A stretch of 64,000 nt of DNA from an uncultured Bacteroidota bacterium (GCA_963726845.1 CAVSGB010000262.1:6696-70695); one strand, 5' to 3'; numbered from the stretch's first letter, positions 10,456 through 21,003 are shown. The notes: generated from the letters alone by a model not told the origin. Made by a program: numbers and translations.

Positions 10456-11013
10456 TTAAAAGAGTAGCAATTGGAGCAAGCTGTATTTTAAAAGTACTGA
10501 CCTTATTTTTTTTGTTGCAATGGCCAAATGATTGTCAACAGTTTTTTCTGATATATTTAATTTTTCGGCAATCTCTTTTCTTGAAAGTTCACCGTACCTT
10601 TTTAGCGAAAAAACAGCAAAACACTTGTCGGGTAGCCCTTCAACCGCCTTGGTTATTATTTTACTGTATTCTTCGAACTCAAGTAATTGTGATGGAGTTT
10701 CCTGATCATTAAGTATTGGGGCTTCGTTGTATGAAATAAATGATTTTGAGTATTTTGTCCTCAAATAATCAATAGCCTTATTTTTAACAGAGGTATATAA
10801 AAATGACTTATATGATGAATGGATAATGATTTCATTTCTCATTTCCCATAGTCGGATGAATTTTTCTTGTACAATATCTTCGGCAATTACCTGGTTTCGG
10901 GTAATTCGGGTACAATACCTGAGCAGGCCGGGATAAAATTCCCTGAACAAATACTCAAATGTTTGTGGGTCTAAACTATTATTTTTTTTAGAATTATGGT
11001 TGAATAGAGCCAT
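10456..11013 (-). CDS. ECF-type RNA polymerase sigma-70 factor
   Basis: 185 aa. Region 2 is ..AEDIVQEKFIRLWE.. and the region 4 HTH is LSRKEIAEKLNISEKTVDNHLAIATKKIR. Confidence 0.9.
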   Translation of the reverse strand: MALFNHNSKKNNSLDPQTFEYLFREFYPGLLRYCTRITRNQVIAEDIVQEKFIRLWEMRNEIIIHSSYKSFLYTSVKNKAIDYLRTKYSKSFISYNEAPILNDQETPSQLLEFEEYSKIITKAVEGLPDKCFAVFSLKRYGELSRKEIAEKLNISEKTVDNHLAIATKKIRSVLLKYSLLQLLLF

Positions 11014-11014
11014 A

Positions 11015-11113
11015 GGACATTCAAAATTAGAACATACTCAAAGATACACTCATGTAATTGATACTTTAAAGAAAAAAGCTATAAATTCATTACCTGATAT
11101 GAATATTTTGTAA
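11015..11113 (+). pseudogene. 3'-terminal relic of a tyrosine recombinase/integrase gene (about 32 codons)
   Basis: Reads GHSKLEHTQRYTHVIDTLKKKAINSLPDMNIL*. This is the conserved LGHxxxxTTxxYxHV box carrying the catalytic Tyr. No upstream integrase sequence remains, and the relic abuts the sigma-factor start codon. Confidence 0.6.
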
Positions 11114-11534
11114 TTTGGTATATAAATTATTGATTATCAATATAAGGTCACAAATTGTGACCATTGGCTGATCATAAATAACTACTCACTTTTAAACTTA
11201 TGCAAATACAATTTTTACAAAATAAAATTTAATTAGAAAACAAAAAAAAACGGCTTAATATTTCAATTACTATCTTAGGTTTTAATTATTAGTTTATAAA
11301 GATAATATTTTATATATTTCATAAATACCATACTGTCAAAAAGGGTGTTCAATTTTGTTGATTAAAACACCCTTATTTTATTAGTGTTTTCGTGTTGGAA
11401 TTTATATAGTCAAAAATGATTACCTTTTTGATAGGTAGTTTTAATTTGCATTTATGTAAGAGATTTTCATTAAATTAACAAACTAATTATTTAATTTTGC
11501 GTACCATTACGGTACACAAATTAAAATAAAAAAT

Positions 11535-11786
11535 ATGTTAGTAATTAGTTCACGAGAATTTAGAGATAAACAGAAAATGTATCTTGACCTCATTGATAAA
11601 AAAGAACATGTTATTATACAAAGAGGGAAAAATAAAGCCTATGCTTTAACTCCAATTACTGAAACAGACCGGTATTTTTCTGAACCACAAATAAAAAAGC
11701 GTATAGCTCATTCTATTAAACAAGCAGAACGAGGAGAGCTTACAACATTACCCAAAGAAGAAATTAATAAATTTCTTGGGTTATGA
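11535..11786 (+). CDS. type II antitoxin (Phd/YefM-like partner of the downstream YoeB/Txe toxin)
   Basis: 83 aa with a 4-nt ATGA overlap with the toxin gene. The palindrome GTACCATTACGGTAC lies 20 nt upstream. Confidence 0.65.
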   Translation: MLVISSREFRDKQKMYLDLIDKKEHVIIQRGKNKAYALTPITETDRYFSEPQIKKRIAHSIKQAERGELTTLPKEEINKFLGL

Positions 11787-12061
11787 GCTATGTCTTAAAA
11801 TTAACGCCCGATGCAATTGAAGATATAGAATTTCATAAGAAAACCGGGGATAAAGCTACCTTAAAAAAGTTGGGTACTCTGTTAAATGAGTTGACCGAAC
11901 ACCCAATGACAGGAACGGGACAACCCGAAGAAATGAAGTATGAATTTGTCGGATGTTGGTCAAGACGGATAAATAAAAAACATAGGCTTGTTTATCGAAT
12001 AGATGAAGAACAAATTACGGTAATAGTCTTACATGCAAGAGGACATTATAAAGACAAGTAA
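11783..12061 (+). CDS. Txe/YoeB-family type II toxin (mRNA interferase)
   Basis: 92 aa. The C-terminal WSRRINKKHRLVYRIDEEQITVIVLHARGHY matches the YoeB/Txe signature. Confidence 0.85.
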   Translation: MSYVLKLTPDAIEDIEFHKKTGDKATLKKLGTLLNELTEHPMTGTGQPEEMKYEFVGCWSRRINKKHRLVYRIDEEQITVIVLHARGHYKDK

Positions 12062-12182
12062 ACGGGCAAATAAACCATTATCTTTTTGCTATTATGAATT
12101 TATGATATTTATATAAAGAGGATGGTTTGTCATTAACTTTTAACCAACCTTCTAACAGATCCATAAGCAATATTTATTAGAT

Positions 12183-12440
12183 TTAGCGAGGGCTGTAGTA
12201 ATTTTTCATGAAGTTTTCAGTTTCGTCTAAATCTCTTACTTCTTGTTTCATACCTTGCTGCATTATACTTGCAGGTGTATTCTCCGGAATGCATTTATAA
12301 ATTTTCGATCCTTTTTTCTTTAATTTCTCAAGTTTATTTATGTCCTTAATGAGTTGTTCTTTAGTCACATTGAATTCATGAAGCTTATGCATTATATGAA
12401 TATCAACATCAGTAATACTAGAATCTGTGGGTAACCCCAT
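12183..12440 (-). CDS. hypothetical protein (orphan, 85 aa)
   Basis: An ORF only, with no recognisable motifs. It lies in the AT-rich island next to the tRNAs. Confidence 0.35.
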   Translation of the reverse strand: MGLPTDSSITDVDIHIMHKLHEFNVTKEQLIKDINKLEKLKKKGSKIYKCIPENTPASIMQQGMKQEVRDLDETENFMKNYYSPR

Positions 12441-12721
12441 TCTTTTTGCGATTATTTTATAGCTATTATAATATGAAGTTAGTGAGAGTGTTCATGGATT
12501 TCTTGAATCAATTGACTTGGGAAAAATTTACTTAAAATGTTTTGAGCTTAAAAAAAGTTTTGAATAAATGAGAAAATTGTATAAAAATAAATTATAATAA
12601 AATCTAAATATTGGATAATCAATCAGGATATCTCTTTATTATTAAACTATATTTTGTATCCTATTTGTATCCCGTTAAACTTTAAACCCCTTATAACTAA
12701 TTTGTTACAAGGGGCTCCTTG

Positions 12722-12807
12722 TACCCGGGGCGGGAATCGAACCCGCACGAACATTGCTGCTCACAGGATTTTAAGTCCTGCGTGTCTACCTATTCCACCA
12801 CCTGGGC
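12722..12807 (-). tRNA. tRNA-Leu (anticodon UAA), type II with long variable arm
   Basis: The reverse complement reads GCCCAGGTGGTGGAATAGGTAGACACGCAGGACTTAAAATCCTGTGAGCAGCAATGTTCGTGCGGGTTCGATTCCCGCCCCGGGTA. The anticodon loop is CTTAAAA and the T-arm is GCGGG-TTCGATT-CCCGC. The acceptor stem has one A:C mismatch and a G:U pair. Confidence 0.85.
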
Positions 12808-12880
12808 AACTTAAGCATTTGAAACGTAAAATTAATAAAAACCCGCTTCTAATAAAAATCCCGACTGATCGGGAAATTTG

Positions 12881-12953
<73 letters not shown>

Positions 12954-13060
12954 ATAATGGTGGTGCAAAAGTAAAAATCTTTTTCATTTCAGCAAAACCC
13001 GGAATAGAAATTTCATTTTATATTTGATTGCATAATAATAGTCAACCTTATAGGATTTTT

Positions 13061-13104
13061 TTTAAAATAAAAAGATGATACCAGGAATATCCGATATCAT
13101 CTTT
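13061..13104 (-). terminator. rho-independent terminator downstream of the flavodoxin-like gene
   Basis: A 10-bp stem (AAAGATGATA/TATCATCTTT, 13071-13080 and 13095-13104) encloses a 14-nt loop. On the minus strand it is followed by TTATTTT. Confidence 0.6.
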
Positions 13105-13122
13105 GCTTTTAATACAATATAA

Positions 13123-13539
13123 TTAATTCAAAGAATACTTTAGTATTACATCGGAATAGTAATTCAGTTTCCCGTTACGCGATTTCAGACTTCCAATCAC
13201 TTTGTAACCTTTTGGTTGTATATATTGCTTCATTTTGCGGAACATACTTCCGGTTGCTATTTTGTAAGTTGTAAATAGGACTGTTAGCTTGTCCTTCGAT
13301 TCAGGAATTCTTGAAGCAAAGTCAACCCAGGTATGTTCAGGCTTCTGGCCAAATAAAATATGGCCACTTGTCCAGCAACCAAGGTATAATCTATCGGCTG
13401 CTTCAATATCGCTTTTCGTAATTTCATGAATTGAACCAATTTTTACTTCAGCATTTCTTTTTTTCAATTGATCGATGATTTCCCGGGCCATTTTTTGAGT
13501 TGTCCCATTCTTACTGTCATATACTACCAATGCTTTCAT
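13123..13539 (-). CDS. flavodoxin-family protein
   Basis: 138 aa. The N-terminus MKALVVYDSKNGTTQKMA is the flavodoxin FMN phosphate-binding loop pattern. Confidence 0.7.
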   Translation of the reverse strand: MKALVVYDSKNGTTQKMAREIIDQLKKRNAEVKIGSIHEITKSDIEAADRLYLGCWTSGHILFGQKPEHTWVDFASRIPESKDKLTVLFTTYKIATGSMFRKMKQYIQPKGYKVIGSLKSRNGKLNYYSDVILKYSLN

Positions 13540-13652
13540 TGCTTTTTTATTAATTTTCGAAGCAAAAATAAATTGATAAATAATTTTGCAGCAGTTAAAA
13601 AAGGCGAATGCCCAAATAAGAGAGGTGAACAGGGAAAATGAAAGTTTAAAAA

Positions 13653-16268
13653 CTATAACCCTGAAATCCTTTTTATATCATTCAGCTTATTAAGGGCTTC
13701 GATTGGAGTAAGGTTATTAATATTCAGATTTTTAATTTCATCACGGATTTGCTTCAAAACAGGGTCTTCGAGTTGGAAAAAACTCAATTGGTATCCTTCT
13801 CGTTTCTGGCCAATATCAGCCGATGGCCTGGAAGGTTTATCAGAATGTTGCGATGATTCCATTTCCTTTAAAATATCTTCTGCACGCCGAACAACACTTT
13901 TAGGCATACCTGCCATTTGTGCAACATGAATTCCAAAACTATGTGCACTTCCGCCACGGACTAATTTTCTCAGAAATAATACTTTATTGTTAAGTTCTTT
14001 AATTGATACATTGAAATTTTTTATCCTTGAAAATGTAGTCTCCATCTCGTTTAATTCATGGTAATGCGTCGCAAAAAGTGTCTTTGCCCTGGCTGTTGGA
14101 TGCTCGTGAATATATTCTACCATTGCCCAAGCTATAGAAATTCCATCGTATGTACTGGTTCCACGTCCAATTTCATCTAAAAGTACAAGGCTACGTGGTG
14201 AAAGGTTATTCAATATGCTGGCAGCTTCGAGCATTTCAACCATAAATGTAGATTCACCAAAAGATATGTTGTCTGATGCCCCTACACGGGTAAATATTTT
14301 ATCGACCAAACCAATGGATGCCGCTTCAGCAGGAACATAGCAACCTATCTGTGCTAAAATAACTATTAATGCTGTTTGTCGCAACAAAGCAGATTTACCA
14401 GACATATTTGGACCGGTAATTATTATAATTTGCTGATCGTTGCTATCAAGAAACACATCATTACTAATATAGGGCTTGTCGGGTGGCAATTGCTTCTCGA
14501 TAACAGGATGGCGGCCATTTTTAATTTCAATTACATCGGAATCATTCAGATTTGGCCTTACATAATTGTTTTCAATTGCAATCCTTGCAAATGACAATAA
14601 GCAATCGAGCCTGGCAATCAGGGAAGCATTAAGCTGAAGTGCTGGAATATAATCAACAAGGCTTTGCACCAATTCCTGGAACATGCTTGTTTCAATCGAC
14701 ATTATTCTTTCTTCGGCACCCAGGATTTTTTCTTCGTAGGTTTTTAGTTCCTCGGTAATATAGCGCTCTGCACTAACAAGTGTCTGCTTTCGTATCCATT
14801 CCTGGGGAACCTTGTCTTTATGTGTATTTCGGACTTCAATATAATATCCAAAAACATTATTGAAATGTACTTTAAGTGAAGAAATGCCAGTCCTTTCACT
14901 CTCTCTTTGCTGAAGTTTCAATAAATAATCTTTCCCTGAGAATTGGATTTCTTTAAGTTCGTCAAGCTCGCTGTTGACGCCTTTCGCAAAAACGCTACCC
15001 TTACCTATTTGGTTTGGAGGTTCCGGTAATATTTCCCTCTCAATCCGGGAAGCAATGGTATTGCATGGATTTAGTTGTTCGGCAATTTTTACCAAAGGGG
15101 CAAGTCCGCTCAGAGAACTTACATTTTTAACCGGCCCGATTGCTTCAAGTGCAAGTTTAAGCTGAACTACTTCACGCGGATTTATGCGGCCCACAGCAAT
15201 TTTCGATGCCAGTCTTTCAAGGTCGCCAATTATTTTTATTTGTTCTTCTATTACTTCACGAATTTCTATATTATTTATAAAATGCCCGACTATATCATGA
15301 CGTTCGCAGATGGGCTGAATCTCTTTTAAAGGCATTGCCAGCCAACGCCTGAGCATTCTTCCTCCCATTGAAGAAAAAGTATGGTCAATAACGTCAAGTA
15401 AAGCTTTTCCTCCTTCGTGAATAGGTTGAAATAATTCGAGGTTCCGGATTGAAAACTTATCGAGCCAGACATATCGGTCTTCTTCGATTCGGGAAACAGA
15501 TGTGATATGATCGACCTGTTTGTGTTCGGTTATTTCTAAATATTGCAAAATTGCACCGGCAGCTATAATACCTGATGAAAAATCGCTAATTCCAAAACCT
15601 TTGAGTGAAGAAGTTTGAAAATGTTTAAGCAATTTGTTCTCTGAATTTTCAAAAGTAAAAATCCAGTCGTCTAATTTATAAGTATAAAATTTATTTCCAA
15701 ATAATTCGACAAACTCCTTATGACGGCTCTTCTCGTAAAGCACTTCCTTGGGTTGAAAACTGCTGAGCAGTTTATCAATATAATCGAAATTTCCTTCAGC
15801 TACCAAAAATTCGCCGGTTGAAATATCGAGAAATGCAATACCCGCATGGTTTTTATCGAAATGGATACAAGCCAGGAAATTATTTTCTTTGTGTTCCAGG
15901 ACATTGTCATTAAGTGATACACCCGGTGTTATTAGCTCGGTAACTCCACGTTTGACAATCTTTTTTGTCAGCTTCGGGTCATCGAGCTGGTCGCATACAG
16001 CTACCCGTTGGCCGGCTCGCACAAGCTTGTGTAAGTATGTGTCCAAAGCATGATAAGGAAACCCGGCAAGTTCAACAAATTGTGCAGAGCCATTGGCTCG
16101 CCGGGTAAGTGTGATACCAAGTATTTCTGAAGCCTTGATAGCATCTTCGCCAAAAGTTTCATAAAAATCACCAACCCTGAAAAGCAAAATCGCATCCGGG
16201 TGTGTTCCCTTGATGCTATAATATTGCTTCATCAAAGGCGTTTCAACGTATTTTTCGTTTTCGGCCAA
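13653..16268 (-). CDS. mutS: DNA mismatch repair protein MutS
   Basis: 871 aa. The mismatch-binding N-terminus is [34 protein letters not shown]. Walker A is [13 protein letters not shown], and ..STFMVEM.. and [12 protein letters not shown] are present. Confidence 0.97.
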   Translation of the reverse strand: MAENEKYVETPLMKQYYSIKGTHPDAILLFRVGDFYETFGEDAIKASEILGITLTRRANGSAQFVELAGFPYHALDTYLHKLVRAGQRVAVCDQLDDPKLTKKIVKRGVTELITPGVSLNDNVLEHKENNFLACIHFDKNHAGIAFLDISTGEFLVAEGNFDYIDKLLSSFQPKEVLYEKSRHKEFVELFGNKFYTYKLDDWIFTFENSENKLLKHFQTSSLKGFGISDFSSGIIAAGAILQYLEITEHKQVDHITSVSRIEEDRYVWLDKFSIRNLELFQPIHEGGKALLDVIDHTFSSMGGRMLRRWLAMPLKEIQPICERHDIVGHFINNIEIREVIEEQIKIIGDLERLASKIAVGRINPREVVQLKLALEAIGPVKNVSSLSGLAPLVKIAEQLNPCNTIASRIEREILPEPPNQIGKGSVFAKGVNSELDELKEIQFSGKDYLLKLQQRESERTGISSLKVHFNNVFGYYIEVRNTHKDKVPQEWIRKQTLVSAERYITEELKTYEEKILGAEERIMSIETSMFQELVQSLVDYIPALQLNASLIARLDCLLSFARIAIENNYVRPNLNDSDVIEIKNGRHPVIEKQLPPDKPYISNDVFLDSNDQQIIIITGPNMSGKSALLRQTALIVILAQIGCYVPAEAASIGLVDKIFTRVGASDNISFGESTFMVEMLEAASILNNLSPRSLVLLDEIGRGTSTYDGISIAWAMVEYIHEHPTARAKTLFATHYHELNEMETTFSRIKNFNVSIKELNNKVLFLRKLVRGGSAHSFGIHVAQMAGMPKSVVRRAEDILKEMESSQHSDKPSRPSADIGQKREGYQLSFFQLEDPVLKQIRDEIKNLNINNLTPIEALNKLNDIKRISGL

Positions 16269-16597
16269 TTTAATTTAAATTGATATAGCAAAAATAAGAG
16301 TTTGAAAATGAAAGCCGAATTTTTAGCTATATTAAATTTTAAACCCATGGAATATTTCTCATCGTTGCTTGAGGAACAATACAATTGAAAACTCAGTTTA
16401 CAATTCTTAAAAAAAACGTAGATAAAAACTGTTAGTTCAGAAATAGGCTTTCTGGTAAATTCTGCAAGAAAAAGTTATAATTTCTACGAATTGATAAATA
16501 ATGGATTATTTATTGCCTATAAACACTTTTATAAATATTGTTTCACGTGTGATTTGATAAAACAAGACAGATTTTAATATTGCTTATTCGAAAAGGT

Positions 16598-17572
16598 TTA
16601 TAAGAAATTAATGAATTTTCTTTTTACTATTATATAGTTTTTAAATTCCCAAATTGATTTTCCAAAGAAGATATATTTTTCTAAAAAAGAAACAAACCTG
16701 TAGCGGAATACTTCATGTTTGTGCGGCATCCTGTTTTTATAAGGTTTCCCTGTCAATTGAAGTTCGGTTTGCCAATTCATCTTTGAAATCCAGTCATGCA
16801 TGGACTTGGGATGAGTACCTTTAAAAACAGGCAACCTATCCATCGGGCCATAATCGAAAGATGCATATTTTGGGTTTTCTTTTGAAAGTTTTTCAAATTT
16901 TTCCTTGCCAATATATAAACTCCGGAACTCACGTATCCGGACTTTTACGCATGAAGGCGGGCGCACCCATCCATAATGAAAAATATAGGCATCAATACTA
17001 ATTACTTTGAGTTTAAAAGTTCCAACCTTTTTATGAAAACTTACACCATCGAAACCAGGAATTTTACGAAATGATTGTGCGTCGCGCCACGAATGAATAT
17101 CAGGCCGGTTTCTGATAATACGTATTTCGTTTTTGTACCACCCGTGAGAAGATTGATAATGGCCATAATCGCCCCAGAAATGAATATATTTAAACAATAA
17201 ACCTTCAACTTCTGTATCATTGATCAACTGTTCGCAGGTGTTTCTGATAGTTTGCAGATTTTTCTCGTGAACCACCTCATCAGCCTGTATATAGAACAGC
17301 CAGTCCCCAGTACAATAAGATTTGGCTAAATCAGTTTGTTGAGCCAGAATTGTACCATTGGTATACTTCTTTGTATCCCAAACGGAATCGTAAATTTTAA
17401 TTTTATCGCTTCCGATACTTTCTATTTCCCGACGTGTAGTATCATCGGGATCGCTGTCGCCCAAAACAACTATAAACTCATCAACTATCGGCAAAATTGA
17501 AAGAATCGATTCTTTTATTGGATAGTATAATTTACTAACATTTTTGCCTATTGTAAAACCACTAATTTTCAT
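16598..17572 (-). CDS. glycosyltransferase (GT2-like)
   Basis: 324 aa. The N-terminal Rossmann-like segment is ..IVDEFIVVLGDSDPDDTT.. with an acidic ..YIQADEV.. motif. The assignment is by eye only. Confidence 0.5.
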   Translation of the reverse strand: MKISGFTIGKNVSKLYYPIKESILSILPIVDEFIVVLGDSDPDDTTRREIESIGSDKIKIYDSVWDTKKYTNGTILAQQTDLAKSYCTGDWLFYIQADEVVHEKNLQTIRNTCEQLINDTEVEGLLFKYIHFWGDYGHYQSSHGWYKNEIRIIRNRPDIHSWRDAQSFRKIPGFDGVSFHKKVGTFKLKVISIDAYIFHYGWVRPPSCVKVRIREFRSLYIGKEKFEKLSKENPKYASFDYGPMDRLPVFKGTHPKSMHDWISKMNWQTELQLTGKPYKNRMPHKHEVFRYRFVSFLEKYIFFGKSIWEFKNYIIVKRKFINFL

Positions 17573-17666
17573 CTGTAAATATTTCTATTTTTTATGGTTA
17601 GATGGAATGTCCGTTCATTATTTATTACAATTCGAATGATTTAAGAATCATGGACATTTCATTTCA

Positions 17667-18230
17667 CTATTTTTTATTGTAAGTAGTCATTGCTCTTTCA
17701 AGGCCAATAGTGACAAAAGATTTAATTATATCGCCTGCGATTTCTATTTTTGCCGGAAGTAATTTTTCTTCCTCATCATCCCACTTGCTAAGTACGTAAT
17801 CGACCTGCCGGCCCTTATTAAATTGATTTCCTATACCAAATCTTAACCTCGCATAATCTTGCCTGCCAAGTACCATGTTGATGTCATATAAACCATTATG
17901 ACCGCCATCGCTGCCTTTAGGCCTTAAACGCAAAGAGCCAAACGGCAATGCAAGGTCGTCGACAATTACCAATAAATTTTCAACAAGTATTTGTTCTTTC
18001 TGAAGCCAATAATTTATTGCCCTGCCGCTCAAATTCATAAATGTAGTTGGTTTTACGAGGATAAGCAAGCGGCTTTTATATTTCATTTCGGCCTTATACG
18101 CGTATCGTTTATCTTCAAAACAAATATTGGATGCTTTTGCTAAAGCATCCAATATATCAAATCCTATATTATGTCGGGTATGGGCATATTCATCGCCAAT
18201 GTTGCCTAACCCTGCAATGAGGTATTTCAA
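17667..18230 (-). CDS. pth: peptidyl-tRNA hydrolase
   Basis: 187 aa: MKYLIAGLGNIGDEYAHTRHNIGF.., ..VDDLALPFGSLRLRPKGSDGGHNGL... Confidence 0.93.
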   Translation of the reverse strand: MKYLIAGLGNIGDEYAHTRHNIGFDILDALAKASNICFEDKRYAYKAEMKYKSRLLILVKPTTFMNLSGRAINYWLQKEQILVENLLVIVDDLALPFGSLRLRPKGSDGGHNGLYDINMVLGRQDYARLRFGIGNQFNKGRQVDYVLSKWDDEEEKLLPAKIEIAGDIIKSFVTIGLERAMTTYNKK

Positions 18231-18247
18231 GGTCTTATAACATTAGT

Positions 18248-18892
18248 TTATGCTTTGGCTTTAGCTTTAGTTTCAGGCGCTGTTGCCGTTGCTGCTGCTG
18301 CTGGAGTAGCTTCAGCACCTTCTGCCCCTGGTTCCTCGGCTTTTGCAGTTATTCTGGAAGACAGAATACTTACAACAGGTTCCCGGCCATTATTAAGTAA
18401 AGAGAGATTTGCAAATTTAAGGTCGCCGACTTTTATACTTTGGCCAACTTCAAGTTGTTCAACATCTATTTCCAAATAGTCAGGCAAGTCATTAGGAAGT
18501 GCCTTAACAGTAATTGTCCTTTTAACAAGGTTCAACCTGCCGCCTTTTTTTACCCCAATGGAATTCCCTATAATATGAATTGGGATATTTATTGTTATTG
18601 GTTTGTCTTCTAAGATTTGCATAAAATCGATATGCAATATTTCATCAGAAACAGGATGGAATTGAATTTCTTTCATAATTGCTTCGTATTCTTTCCCGTC
18701 TATATTTAACTTCACAATATAGACATTCGGCGAATACACCAGATTTTTAAACGCCGGTACATGGGCAGAGAAGTTAACATTTTCACCTATACCATAAATT
18801 ATGCATGGCACACTTCCTTCTTTGCGCAATGCATGTGTGGCTTTCTTGCCTAAATCCTTTCTGATTGTTCCTTTAATTTCGATTGTTTTCAT
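18248..18892 (-). CDS. rplY: 50S ribosomal protein L25 / general stress protein Ctc
   Basis: 214 aa. An L25/Ctc N-domain (..KLRKEGSVPCIIYG..) is followed by an Ala/Lys-rich tail. The pth-ctc-prs neighbourhood is conserved. Confidence 0.9.
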   Translation of the reverse strand: MKTIEIKGTIRKDLGKKATHALRKEGSVPCIIYGIGENVNFSAHVPAFKNLVYSPNVYIVKLNIDGKEYEAIMKEIQFHPVSDEILHIDFMQILEDKPITINIPIHIIGNSIGVKKGGRLNLVKRTITVKALPNDLPDYLEIDVEQLEVGQSIKVGDLKFANLSLLNNGREPVVSILSSRITAKAEEPGAEGAEATPAAAATATAPETKAKAKA

Positions 18893-19009
18893 TTTAATTT
18901 TTTTAATTGTGCTACTCAGAATTAACTTTAAATTATTGACATACTGTTAATTCCCCATTACACGAAAGCATAAAATACTTTTTTAAACAGGGAGTGCAAA
19001 TATAACAAC

Positions 19010-19947
19010 TTAAATAATAAAATTGCCACTTATCGATTGATAGTTATATACCTTGTTAATTGTGTCGGCAAAAATATCGGCAATCGAAATCACTTTTATT
19101 TTCGAACATTGTTGTTTCAGTGGTATTGTATCAGTTACCATCACTTCTGTAATCTTCGAATTTTCAATTCTTTCGTAAGCGGACCTGAAAGAACCGGGTG
19201 TGTAGCAACAACCCTTACACTGCGTGCCCCTTCTTCAATCATCATGTTGGAAGCAACTGTAATTGTACCGGCAGTATCAATCATATCGTCTATAACAACA
19301 ATATTTTTATCGCGAACATCTCCAATTACTTTGAATTCTTCTATAACATTGGCCTTTTTCCTAAGCTTGTAACAAATAACCATTTCTGTTTTAAGAAAAC
19401 GCGAATACGCATTGGCACGTTTGCTGGCACCCATATCGGGCGCTGCAACCACCATGTTGTCGAGACAAAGTGTATTAAGGTAAGGGACAAAAATTGATGA
19501 AGCATATAAATGGTCTACAGGTACGTCAAAAAATCCCTGAAGTTGATCTGCATGAAGGTCCATAGTCATTACCCTGTCGACACCGGCTGCAGTGAGCAGG
19601 TTGGCAACCAACTTGGCCCCTATTGCTGAACGTGGACGGTCTTTCCTGTCCTGCCGCGCCATACCAAAATATGGCATAACGGCAACAACACGCTTGGCCG
19701 ATGCACGCTTTGCAGCATCGATCATCAATAAAAGTTCCAAAAGGTTTTCTGCCGGCGGGAAAGTCGACTGAATTATAAAAACTGTACAACCCCTCACAGA
19801 TTCAAGATATGATGGTTGAAATTCGCCATCGCTAAAACGAAGCAGCAACGTACTTCCCAGCTCAGCTCCTGAGCTTTTTGCAATTTTCTCAGCCAGGTAA
19901 GTCGATGCTGATCCTGAAAAGAACTTAATCGGTGATTTTCTATCCAT
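19010..19947 (-). CDS. prs: ribose-phosphate pyrophosphokinase, frame broken once near 19180
   Basis: ORF 19141..19947 gives ..RQDRKDRPRSAIGAKLVANLL.., VIDDMIDTAGT. After ..THPVLSGP the expected AYERIENSKITEVMVTDTIPLKQQCSKIKVISIADIFADTINKVYNYQSIS continues in another frame down to the stop at 19010. The total length then fits a normal Prs. Confidence 0.9.
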
Positions 19948-20187
19948 TGAATAATTTTTGATGGGTTATTTCAATTTATATACAGTTTTATTAAGTGACT
20001 ATTATGAATATTTTAAACGCAACAAATTTATGAAATATAGAAAAATGTCAATTTAAAAAGCAATAATAATTTGAAGAAATTTTAAAAGTCTATGCTGAAC
20101 GGAGAAGGGAAGCGGAAGACAGGATAATGAATTTTCGATTTTTGATGCCCGATGTTCGGTAATCACTGCTTCCTATTCGAAATACTT

Positions 20188-20860
20188 TTACCAGTTCACT
20201 TTTTTTGTCCCCGATTTGATAGTTGTTTCAATAAAACCCAATAGTTCATCCTTCCCTTTTTTTTCAATTGTTGATGTGAAAAAAACACCTGGCATTTCTT
20301 CCCAGTCATCAAGCATGGCTTTTTTAAAATTACTAAAATTGCTTTCCAATTTATTAGATGAAATCTTATCGGTTTTAGTGAAAATCAAAACAAATGGTAC
20401 CCGGAATTGTCCCAGGAAAGTTAAAAATTCTATATCTAATTTTTGTGGCCCAAGCCTTGAATCAATAAGCACAAAAAGACAAAGCAAATTTGAACGCTTC
20501 GTTATGTATCCTTTTATCAATTCGCTAAAATGCTCTTTGTCAGATTTTGATGCGCGGGCATAACCGTAACCTGGCAAATCGACCAGATACCAGCTATTTG
20601 CATCGGTCACAACCGGTTTTATGTCCTTTTTATGTAACTTTATTTTATCAGACTGGCTCAACGGTAAAACAATAAAATGATTGATAAGCTTTGTTTTTCC
20701 TGGTTTTGATGAAACCTTTGCTAAGTTTTTAACTCCCGTTATCATATTGATGAGAGAAGATTTGCCAACGTTCGGACCGGCCAATAAAAGCAAATTCGGG
20801 AATGTCACCTTTTGGGCATAATTTATAATCGTTGCTACTTTTAATAAACCGGACTTCCAT
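20188..20860 (-). CDS. engB: ribosome-biogenesis GTPase YihA/EngB, frame broken once near 20774
   Basis: ORF 20188..20808 has G1 NVGKSSLIN and G3 DLPGYGYA. The N-terminus MEVRFIKSSNDYKLCPKGDIPEFAFIGRS lies in another frame from the ATG at 20860. Confidence 0.85.
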
Positions 20861-20902
20861 TATATGCAATGAGTTATGAACAATAAATGCCAAACTTCCC
20901 AA

Positions 20903-21000
20903 CTCCTGTCTCCTGATTCCTGTCTCCTGTCTCCCGTCTCCTGCCTCCTGACTCCCGTCTCCGGATTCCTGCCTCCTGCCTCCGGTCTCCGGTCTCCTGT
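20903..21000. repeat. tandem heptamer array CTCCTGT-type, 14 in-phase units
   Basis: CTCCTGT CTCCTGA TTCCTGT CTCCTGT CTCCCGT CTCCTGC CTCCTGA CTCCCGT CTCCGGA TTCCTGC CTCCTGC CTCCGGT CTCCGGT CTCCTGT. The array ends 3 nt from the manA stop codon (21004). Confidence 0.95.
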
Positions 21001-21003
21001 TCC

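Noticed and set aside
19037-19497. + strand ORFs 19037..19372 and 19198..19497
   Set aside because: They are antisense to prs. The region 19010..19180 is accounted for by the frame-shifted prs C-terminus.
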